Shown here piece after piece: positions 1 through 6,797 of a stretch of 24,917 nt of DNA; position 1 is the stretch's first letter, and each line of letters starts with the position of its first letter. A program made the position numbers and the translations under genes. The notes under the pieces are model-generated. The model saw only the letters and a program-made list of their open reading frames with translations, searched no databases and had not been told where the DNA came from. Source of the stretch: a virus (lineage: Duplodnaviria > Caudoviricetes); IMG/VR virus record IMGVR_UViG_3300014656_000129, positions 1 to 24,917 of that record; one strand, written 5' to 3'.

Positions 1-1
1 C

Positions 2-151
2 GAGGTGGAGCGGCTGAAAACGCTGCTGCCGCCATTCACCCCCTGCCCTGTCTGTGGGGTGGTCTCCTGGTACCCACCGAAGGAGATGGACCCAGCGGTG
101 GACAGGAGCAAGTGCCTGGCATGTGGGGAACCGAAGGAGGTAGATCCATGA
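2..151 (+). CDS. 3' end of a hypothetical protein with a C-terminal zinc ribbon (5'-truncated by the window)
   Basis: Frame 2 is open from the window edge: EVERLKTLLPPFTPCPVCG...KCLACGEPKEVDP*. It has two CxxC pairs, and its TGA overlaps the next ATG (ATGA at 148-151). Confidence 0.7.
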   Translation, partial: EVERLKTLLPPFTPCPVCGVVSWYPPKEMDPAVDRSKCLACGEPKEVDP

Positions 152-447
152 AAGCCCAAGACCCAGCAGCGATGGAGGTCCGTAAGGCTCATGTCAAGGA
201 GACCAGGCGTTTACTCCTTCGTGACGACGCCTACATCCCATGGCTGGAAGCGGAGCTATTCGACGCCTGCAACGAACTGGACAAACAGACCGCCAGGACC
301 GCCGAGTTGGGATCCAACATCCGTGAAATGGCTAAGGCGGTACATGCCCAGGCCAACGCTATTGATGGAGCCATGCCATCCCATGCTACAGGGATGCGCT
401 CGGCTGCTCGGGCATTCCTGGCACTGGTGGATGAGGTGGATCTATGA
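148..447 (+). CDS. hypothetical phage protein (coiled-coil-like)
   Basis: ATG at 148 is preceded by AAGGAGG, with ATGA coupling on both sides. The ORF-track start at 112 is probably too far upstream. Confidence 0.7.
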   Translation: MKAQDPAAMEVRKAHVKETRRLLLRDDAYIPWLEAELFDACNELDKQTARTAELGSNIREMAKAVHAQANAIDGAMPSHATGMRSAARAFLALVDEVDL

Positions 448-689
448 GCAATGAACGGGAGCTATTGGCGATCCGTGACGAGGTGCTGAACTATACCCCA
501 GAGCAAATCAAGGTGCTCATCTGTGATGACGGTTTTGACACGCTTGTGTGGCTCGTGGACGACAACGCTGATGTCTATTTTAGCCTGTCGCTATTCGGGG
601 TGAAGAGGTTCCCCAGGCCATATCCAGAGATAAAGCTATTGGTCCGGGCAGCTATCGACGTGCTGAACGCTCAGAGGTTGACCAAGTGA
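444..689 (+). CDS. hypothetical phage protein
   Basis: 81-aa ORF with ATGA/GTGA overlaps to both neighbours and GAGGTG upstream. Confidence 0.7.
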   Translation: MSNERELLAIRDEVLNYTPEQIKVLICDDGFDTLVWLVDDNADVYFSLSLFGVKRFPRPYPEIKLLVRAAIDVLNAQRLTK

Positions 690-1042
690 GGATCTGGACC
701 GCCCAATTCGGCTACGACGGCCAGGACCGCGTGGACATCACCAGGGGGTCCGCTGCGGGCGTCAGGGCCTTCGCGCCCAGTTGGAAGCTCGTCAGCGGGG
801 TCAAGGACGGCTCGCTGTCCTGGGGGCGATACACGGAGCTATACCTGGAGGAGATGAGGGTGTCCTGGATTGACCAGCGCAAGTGGTGGGCACGGCTGCT
901 CCGGATGCCCTCGGTGACGCTGGTCTGTTATTGCAAGTTCACCCCCGAGCACCAGTGCCACCGCTTTCTGCTCGCGGACATCCTCGTCCAGATCCAGCAG
1001 CGGTACGGGGTGCCCGTCGAGCGTATGGGAGAACGGCCGTGA
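686..1042 (+). CDS. DUF488-family protein
   Basis: Motifs FAPSWKLV..K.G..SW..Y...Y..EM and VTLVCYC.....CHR.LLA match the DUF488 pattern. GTG start with GAGG upstream. Confidence 0.75.
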   Translation: MRIWTAQFGYDGQDRVDITRGSAAGVRAFAPSWKLVSGVKDGSLSWGRYTELYLEEMRVSWIDQRKWWARLLRMPSVTLVCYCKFTPEHQCHRFLLADILVQIQQRYGVPVERMGERP

Positions 1043-1227
1043 ACCCCAAGCTCCGATACCACGTCATGCGACCGTCCAGGACACCTGGCCAGAAGTACGA
1101 CCTGGTGGCCACAACAGACCGATTGTCCAAGGCATTCAAGTGGGTGGACACCTACGGACTCGGAGCCCGTGTGTTTGACACCAGGGCGTGGATGTTTGTC
1201 GGGAGGCCCAGGACGGAAGCCAAATGA
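1039..1227 (+). CDS. hypothetical phage protein
   Basis: GTG at 1039 overlaps the previous stop (GTGA), with GGGAG upstream. Product MNPKLRYHVMRP... Confidence 0.6.
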   Translation: MNPKLRYHVMRPSRTPGQKYDLVATTDRLSKAFKWVDTYGLGARVFDTRAWMFVGRPRTEAK

Positions 1228-1424
1228 TCGATGAGCAAGGCCGATACCGCAAGCTACTCGCCATCGCGCTCGCGTCAGCAGGCCACTGCCCTGAGAGTAA
1301 TGAATGCCCCGAGGGGTACTGCTGGGAGCATTGGGTACGAGCACTGGATGACGGGACTTCCAGCCTGCGGATACGTGAGGACCCCGGGAGGGGGTTGGAC
1401 CTGGAGTTTACGAACGAGGATTGA
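1224..1424 (+). CDS. small Cys/His-containing hypothetical protein
   Basis: ATGA overlap at 1224-1227. Contains HCPESNECPEGYCWEHW. Confidence 0.6.
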   Translation: MIDEQGRYRKLLAIALASAGHCPESNECPEGYCWEHWVRALDDGTSSLRIREDPGRGLDLEFTNED

Positions 1425-1459
1425 AACCAGCCACGAGTACAAGAAAATGGAGGCGCGAG

Positions 1460-1951
1460 ATGAAAGCCATCACCCTGTGGAGACCCTGGGACCAGACGTT
1501 CTTTCTGGAGGACGAGGCCCTACGCAAGACCGTCGAGAACCGATCGTGGGCTCCACCAAGGACCATCAGGGGGGAGCTGCTCGCCCTCCACGCTGGACTC
1601 AAGTGGGACCAGCGAGGGGCTGATGCCATCGAGCAGATCACAGGGATCACCTATCGCAAGGAGGACTCGGAACCCGGTGTGGCGGTGGGCGTCGTCCGTG
1701 TTGTGGGGTGGATAACCAGGGGTGGCCTGTTCGGGCTGACCTACAACTGGACCCACCCAGGAGACTACGAACCACTCATCTACGATGCTGCCCACTCACG
1801 CTGGTTTTTTGGCCCAAACGGCTGGGTCACCGCAGAACCTTACAGGCTACCCACCCCCGTCCCGTGCGAGGGCGCTCAGGGGCTCTGGGAGCTACCACCG
1901 GACGTGGACGCTGAGGTCCAGCGGCAGATGAGGGAGGCGAGGGGATTATGA
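1460..1951 (+). CDS. ASCH-domain protein
   Basis: MKAITLWRPW...KTVENRSW....RGELLALHAG...AVGVVRV...W......LPTPVPCEGAQGLW is the typical ASCH/ASC-1-like signature. GGAGG precedes ATG 1460. Confidence 0.85.
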   Translation: MKAITLWRPWDQTFFLEDEALRKTVENRSWAPPRTIRGELLALHAGLKWDQRGADAIEQITGITYRKEDSEPGVAVGVVRVVGWITRGGLFGLTYNWTHPGDYEPLIYDAAHSRWFFGPNGWVTAEPYRLPTPVPCEGAQGLWELPPDVDAEVQRQMREARGL

Positions 1952-2226
1952 CCACCCGCATCACAGACGACGAGTTGAACCGGGCCGAGCGGCTGGCGAG
2001 GGACGTGGGGTCCGTCCGCGTCTACAGCACCGAGTTCGACGACTTCTGGGACCCGGCCTTCGCCCTCCGCATGGTCGAGGAGGTGCGGCGGTCGCGGGTG
2101 GTCGAGTCGACCGTGGCCCTGGTGCACGGTGGCGGATATCCGAACAGAACAGATCGGGACCGACTCAATCTGGCAAACCAACGGATGGACGAACTACGCC
2201 GCACGGCGGAAAGGAACGACCGATGA
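1948..2226 (+). CDS. hypothetical phage protein
   Basis: 92-aa ORF, ATGA-coupled on both sides. Confidence 0.7.
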   Translation: MTTRITDDELNRAERLARDVGSVRVYSTEFDDFWDPAFALRMVEEVRRSRVVESTVALVHGGGYPNRTDRDRLNLANQRMDELRRTAERNDR

Positions 2227-2534
2227 AGACCAACACGAGCCAATCGATCCGACAGCTAATCCGCCCCAAGGCGCCCCCGAAGCGTCAGAGCTTCCCACAC
2301 CACGTGCCGTTCGGGCGCTGGCTGGGAGCACTCAGGTCTTGGATTCTGAATGTCCACAAGGGGACCGATAGCAGCCAGTACCTGGAGGACAAGGCCGACT
2401 CCTTCGTCATGCGCGTCTGTAAGCGTCGGCGCAGTAACGACATCCGCAAGAGAGGTATCCAGCGCGCAGCAGTTCGTAGGCGTCAGACCAAGCGCAGGCG
2501 TCAGCGACAGACAGGGAAGGGGTTGGTGCGATGA
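2223..2534 (+). CDS. highly basic hypothetical protein
   Basis: AAGGA upstream, ATGA coupling, and an Arg/Lys-rich C-terminus. Confidence 0.6.
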   Translation: MKTNTSQSIRQLIRPKAPPKRQSFPHHVPFGRWLGALRSWILNVHKGTDSSQYLEDKADSFVMRVCKRRRSNDIRKRGIQRAAVRRRQTKRRRQRQTGKGLVR

Positions 2535-3025
2535 CATCGAGAAAAGGAATTGTAGACGACCCCATGACCGCCCTGGACGTACCCCTGGACAGGGTGTGGT
2601 CGTACCAGCTCGGTAGCAATGGATTTGCAGCTTACATCCGTGCAAGCGACGGGCTCAAGTTGACGATTAGTCCAACAGGCAAAGATGTCCAGGTGGAGAT
2701 ATGGAACAGCGGGTCCATCGTCCACTGCTTCCTATGCGCCCCCAACTTCAGTGTGTCCAGGTACCTCAAGGTGGCCATGGGGGCGATTGTTGTACTGGAG
2801 GCCCCCTACGGGGATTGGGGGGATGAGGACGATCTGGAGGTCGCGGTCAAGCGGTTCAAGGAGACGGGGAGTGACGAGGACTGGCAGATAATCGCCAGGG
2901 CGATGGCCGACTCGGCTATCGGGGATGGGGGAGACGACCCATGGACGCCGCCACCCGGTGACGGGCTCGTCATGAGCATCGAGATGGCCGACTCGGCTAT
3001 CGGGAAGGGGGGCGACGATGACTGA
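2531..3025 (+). CDS. hypothetical protein with an acidic, internally duplicated C-terminus
   Basis: 164-aa ORF in which MADSAIG(D/K)GGDD occurs twice. Confidence 0.65.
   Translation: MTSRKGIVDDPMTALDVPLDRVWSYQLGSNGFAAYIRASDGLKLTISPTGKDVQVEIWNSGSIVHCFLCAPNFSVSRYLKVAMGAIVVLEAPYGDWGDEDDLEVAVKRFKETGSDEDWQIIARAMADSAIGDGGDDPWTPPPGDGLVMSIEMADSAIGKGGDDD
2902..3004. repeat. 22-bp exact direct repeat GATGGCCGACTCGGCTATCGGG (2902-2923 and 2983-3004)
   Basis: Two identical copies 81 bp apart and in frame. The core GATGGCCGA-C-TCGGCTATC is a near-perfect inverted repeat. Confidence 0.9.
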
Positions 3026-3377
3026 TACCCGGGTTACACGAAAGATGTACGAGACGGACGAGCAGCTTCGTCACCGCATACATCTACTGATGGCCAACTC
3101 TGGGACCGTAGCGAGGTTCAAGGGAGAGCTATTGGGGTATGTCAACTCGGAAGATGTGCTTGTCTCCATGCTTGATCTCGGCCAGTTATCTGTTGTCGTA
3201 TCTGTGCGCGACATCAGTATGGAGGAGGCCTTTGAAGAGCTACAACGCCTCATTGAGATCAAGAGACCGAACGCCTGCCAGGTAATACTCACCGTCAAGG
3301 AGGACTTCGGGCATTGCTCCTGGAACCTAGCTGGCGCTGGTGAGACCTTTGCTGGGGATGGGGGCGACGATGAATAA
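3018..3377 (+). CDS. hypothetical protein (weak resemblance to baseplate wedge proteins)
   Basis: 119-aa coupled ORF containing ETDEQLRHRI...SGT and ELQRLIEIKRPNACQV. Confidence 0.6.
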   Translation: MTDTRVTRKMYETDEQLRHRIHLLMANSGTVARFKGELLGYVNSEDVLVSMLDLGQLSVVVSVRDISMEEAFEELQRLIEIKRPNACQVILTVKEDFGHCSWNLAGAGETFAGDGGDDE

Positions 3378-3570
3378 GCGTGAGGCTAAACGTCGGGCTT
3401 GTCGGCTAGCAGCTGCCATTCTGAACCGGGGCGGTGATTGGCCGAGTGCGATTTACGAAGACGAGGACGGTAACGACTCAACAGATGCCGACATCGAGCG
3501 CATGGGAGCAGCGTGGAAGGCCCTCGTGGCTGAGATGTATAGGAGAGGTGGCGACGATGCTGAAGGATGA
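3370..3570 (+). CDS. hypothetical phage protein
   Basis: ATG 3370 overlaps the previous gene end. Product MNKREAKRRACRLAA... Confidence 0.65.
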   Translation: MNKREAKRRACRLAAAILNRGGDWPSAIYEDEDGNDSTDADIERMGAAWKALVAEMYRRGGDDAEG

Positions 3571-4153
3571 CGGGTGGAGCAAGGGTCACAAAATGAGGCT
3601 CGTATTCGGAGAGCACCCAGATGACCGAAGCCATCCCATCGGTCCAGTACGCGCTGGGCTCGCCAAGGCATGTGACGCCATCGACCGCAGGGACGACCAC
3701 ATCGCCTACCTGGAAGGGGAGATCGTGGCTGTCCGTGACGCGCTCAAGGAGCTGCTGGTCCAGGTGGATACAGCAGAGCAGATCCAGGTGGTCATGCGGA
3801 AGCAGCTGTTGGGCTACACCGCCCACAAGCCCATCCCGAAGGAGGCGTGGGACACCCCCATGGACCAGGCCCAGGCCAACGAGGTTATCGAGGAGTTCAA
3901 GCGCCAGGTCGATCCAGCGACGTACCGCGACGATCTAGTCCCCATCAGGGATGTCAAAATCTCCATCGCTGGGGTCGAGATAACCAAGCCCAACGACTGC
4001 CCAGAATTCGACATCATCCCGCTCAGGATCATCGTGGGACACGGGGACGCACCCGAGTTCAGGTGCACGGCCAGGTTCAACCGTCAGGAGGACGGGAGCC
4101 TGCTGCTGGTGGACCCGGTGGTGCTGAGGGAGGGTGGAGGTACAAGACGATGA
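3557..4153 (+). CDS. hypothetical phage protein
   Basis: ATG 3557 is preceded by AGGAGAGGTG. It has a coiled-coil-like middle and ATGA coupling at 4150. Confidence 0.65.
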   Translation: MLKDDGWSKGHKMRLVFGEHPDDRSHPIGPVRAGLAKACDAIDRRDDHIAYLEGEIVAVRDALKELLVQVDTAEQIQVVMRKQLLGYTAHKPIPKEAWDTPMDQAQANEVIEEFKRQVDPATYRDDLVPIRDVKISIAGVEITKPNDCPEFDIIPLRIIVGHGDAPEFRCTARFNRQEDGSLLLVDPVVLREGGGTRR

Positions 4154-4710
4154 CCGATAACCGAGAATTCGAGCTCCAGGACAAGGTGGCCGAGCGGGAT
4201 GCTCGTATCGAGGTGCTGGAGGCTGAGGTCAAGGAGGCTCGCCGTGGATGCGACGTTCGAGACGAGTCGCTGATAAAGGCGCTGGACGAGAGGGACGCCG
4301 TGTTCAAGACCCTGGACTATGCGACGGCGCACGCAGGACGGCTCATGGAGGAGGTTGGCCAGTTGAAGGCGAGGTTATGTCAGCAGAGCGATACTCTCCG
4401 AAACATCGCTGAAAACGTCGAGGGCAATCTCGACATCCCTAAGTTCTACCGCCACGTCATAGTGACCAGGTGCCGCAGCGCAGCGGGGGACGACGGGGGC
4501 GATGTCCAAAATGGACATTTGGCTGGCCACGGTGGACACCACACCCCAGCAGAGCAGCCGGGTGTGGTGTGCGGGGAGTGTGCGCTGTGGGGCACGCCTG
4601 GCGTTGACGGGTACGGCACCTGCGGATGGGACCCCATAGGGCCGCCGTTCACGGCTCCCTGTGAGTGTCGATGGCCCGCCGAATTCCGCCCCCGAAAGGC
4701 CACGCCATGA
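4150..4710 (+). CDS. coiled-coil protein with a C-terminal Cys-rich module
   Basis: ATG 4150 with GGAGG upstream. Heptad-rich N-terminus and C-terminal CGECALW...C.W...C.C.....FRP. Confidence 0.7.
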   Translation: MTDNREFELQDKVAERDARIEVLEAEVKEARRGCDVRDESLIKALDERDAVFKTLDYATAHAGRLMEEVGQLKARLCQQSDTLRNIAENVEGNLDIPKFYRHVIVTRCRSAAGDDGGDVQNGHLAGHGGHHTPAEQPGVVCGECALWGTPGVDGYGTCGWDPIGPPFTAPCECRWPAEFRPRKATP

Positions 4711-4934
4711 GTGAGCGCAAGATATGCCCGGTGATGACGGCTGGAGTCTGGGCGTTCCCAGGACACAATTCGGGACCGCACTACTGCGACGGCTCCCGGT
4801 GCGCGTGGTGGGTAGCCGGCACTCCGTACACGGTGACATACGAGGACGGCGAAGCGGAGTACTACGATCCAGGCACCTGCGCCCGCAACCCCAGCGGCGA
4901 GCCGTACCCCGACCCGGCAGGGGAGGGGGAGTGA
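4707..4934 (+). CDS. small Cys-rich hypothetical protein
   Basis: ATGA overlap. ICP.M....YCDGSRCAWW....GTC pattern. Confidence 0.7.
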   Translation: MSERKICPVMTAGVWAFPGHNSGPHYCDGSRCAWWVAGTPYTVTYEDGEAEYYDPGTCARNPSGEPYPDPAGEGE

Positions 4935-5332
4935 TGAGCGTCTGCACAATGAGCGAGGACGAAATCATGGACGGCATCTGCATCTATGACGAGGCGCTAG
5001 AGCGAGCCATGGTCATCACAGAGAGGGCAGCCGATGACGGGCGCATGGTCTACACGCTTCCAGCGGGCGTCAAGCTGCAGCTGGTGGTCGAGATCGCCGC
5101 TGCTATTCGCAAGCCCTTGCTGCTTCCCCCCGCCCCCGAAGCGAGCGAAGCGGGGGAGCCCGGCGACGGCAAAACCTGCGGTGAGTGTGCGCTGTGGATT
5201 GGCAGGCCAAACGATGCACAGTGGGTCAATTACGGGACCAAGGTTTGCGTGTGGCCGTCCGCGATGTGCAGAGCGGCGAACCGATGCAGCAGCCCCGACC
5301 TGTTCCGCCCGCTGTCCGGGAGCAAGCCATGA
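4934..5332 (+). CDS. hypothetical protein with a C-terminal Cys-rich module
   Basis: GGGAGGGGG upstream and TGATG overlap. The C-terminal CGECALW...C.W...C....C.....FRP is paralogous to that of 4150-4710. Confidence 0.7.
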   Translation: MSVCTMSEDEIMDGICIYDEALERAMVITERAADDGRMVYTLPAGVKLQLVVEIAAAIRKPLLLPPAPEASEAGEPGDGKTCGECALWIGRPNDAQWVNYGTKVCVWPSAMCRAANRCSSPDLFRPLSGSKP

Positions 5333-5529
5333 TGGTCCTCACCTGGCAATGGAAGCACCCAACGCGCAGGGGGGGCGAGGTCGTGGGAGACAAGAACACC
5401 CTGGACGGACTCATGGCCATCCTGGGGCAGCAACCAGGACTCGCGTTCATCCGGCTCTGCTACCTTGGAGGCATCGTGTTCAGGGAACGGGACTTTCAGA
5501 AGCGCGACGAGGAGGAGGGCAAGTTCTGA
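5329..5529 (+). CDS. small hypothetical protein
   Basis: GGGAG upstream and ATGA overlap. It is the last gene of the accessory array. Confidence 0.6.
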   Translation: MMVLTWQWKHPTRRGGEVVGDKNTLDGLMAILGQQPGLAFIRLCYLGGIVFRERDFQKRDEEEGKF

Positions 5530-5587
5530 TGGAGGACCACCGCAGGCTCGACCAGACCCCCCCCACTCGCACCGCGCTCACCATCCC

Positions 5588-5769
5588 TGCACCCATTTGA
5601 CTGCACCCATTCGCTAACCCCTCGCGTGTACTACTGTTTTTGGATTTCATAGGTGCACTTGGTGTAACGGTGGAGCGTTACAACCTGCACCCATTTGCAC
5701 CCAAAAAACGCCAAATGGGTGCACTCGTGGCCCCAGGCTGGCAAACTGCACCCATGGAGGCGCACCCAT
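5588..5769. repeat. cluster of TGCACCCAT-like repeats upstream of terS (candidate pac or terminase-binding region)
   Basis: TGCACCCAT at 5588, 5602, 5686 and 5747, TGCACCCAA at 5696, CGCACCCAT at 5761, and an inverted copy ATGGGTGCA at 5715-5723. Confidence 0.85.
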
Positions 5770-6796
5770 GATGGCCAAGCGTGGTGAGGTTTTGAAGTGG
5801 ATGGAGGAGTACAGCAAGGGGTACAGCCAAGCCGCGCAATACTTCGGGATTTCAGCGAACACGGTCAAGAGCTGGGTCAGGCGAGACCGCATCAGGACTC
5901 ATGGACTCATGGCCGGACAAGGGTTTCGCAACAGGCCCAGGATGGCCCCCAAGAAGACCAATGGAGGTTCCAAGGGCAACGGGTCGCAACACGTCAAGGA
6001 CGAGGGCACAGAGCCCCTCGCCAAAGGTCTACCAGCTGGTGGTAACGGTGGTCCTCCTGCCACCCCCCTCAAGCCATCGTCGCCTCCAGCTGGTAGCAAT
6101 GGGGGTTCAGGGGGTAATGGGAATCGCGCGGGAGGGAACGGCCCAGAGCCACCTACCCCACCTACCCCACCTACCCCCCCGGCACCGACGGTCAAGCCCA
6201 GCGTTGATGCCATTGGCAATCCACTGGAGCACTACGGGCTAACCAAATTCAACGAACAGACCAGGGCGGTGGCTCTTCAGGTGATCCGCCTGGGAGGGAC
6301 AAGGGCGTACGCCGCGAGGGCCGCACGGGTGGCCCTGGGGACGTTTGACGGATGGCTGCGACGAGGTAGGAGCGTCAGGACCCGGCTCCAACGTATCCAC
6401 GACGCAGGGAGACCGCTGCCGCACATAGACGATACGGACTCTACGTTTCTCGGGTTTCTGGCCGACTACGAGCACGCCGAGGCTCAGGCGGTCCAGCTAT
6501 GCCTGGCATCGGTGTTGAAGCAGATCAAGGGCAACGACGAGAAGGGGCCAGACGGTCGCCTGGGGCTCGCCTTCCTCAAGGCCCGCTGGGGCTCCGAGTT
6601 CGTGGACCGGATGGACGTGAGCGTGACCCAGGACGGCACGGTGGACCACCGATTCAGCTTCGACTTCAGTAGAGATACGCCCGAGCAGTTGGCCGAGAAG
6701 CGCCGTCAGGTGGAGGAGCTTAAAAAGCTAAAGAAGCTGGAGGCCAAGGGCATGATCATCAACGCGCGTACCCAACCGCACGACGACGAGGAGTAG
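5768..6796 (+). CDS. terS: terminase small subunit with an extra N-terminal HTH and a Gly/Pro-rich linker
   Basis: Lies immediately upstream of terL. N-terminal HTH (YSQAAQYFGISANTVKSWVRR). The second domain (TKFNEQ...AARAARV..GTFDGWLRRG...EHAEAQA...AFLKARW..EF) is typical of small terminases. Confidence 0.75.
   Translation: MMAKRGEVLKWMEEYSKGYSQAAQYFGISANTVKSWVRRDRIRTHGLMAGQGFRNRPRMAPKKTNGGSKGNGSQHVKDEGTEPLAKGLPAGGNGGPPATPLKPSSPPAGSNGGSGGNGNRAGGNGPEPPTPPTPPTPPAPTVKPSVDAIGNPLEHYGLTKFNEQTRAVALQVIRLGGTRAYAARAARVALGTFDGWLRRGRSVRTRLQRIHDAGRPLPHIDDTDSTFLGFLADYEHAEAQAVQLCLASVLKQIKGNDEKGPDGRLGLAFLKARWGSEFVDRMDVSVTQDGTVDHRFSFDFSRDTPEQLAEKRRQVEELKKLKKLEAKGMIINARTQPHDDEE
6149..6175 (+). repeat. 9-bp tandem repeat CCACCTACC x3 (encodes PPT x3)
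   Basis: Exact tandem copies inside the low-complexity linker of terS. Confidence 0.9.
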
Positions 6797-6797
6797 C

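Noticed and set aside
5588-5769. Repeat cluster as a CRISPR array
   Set aside because: The repeats are 9 bp, irregularly spaced and in both orientations, and no cas genes are present.
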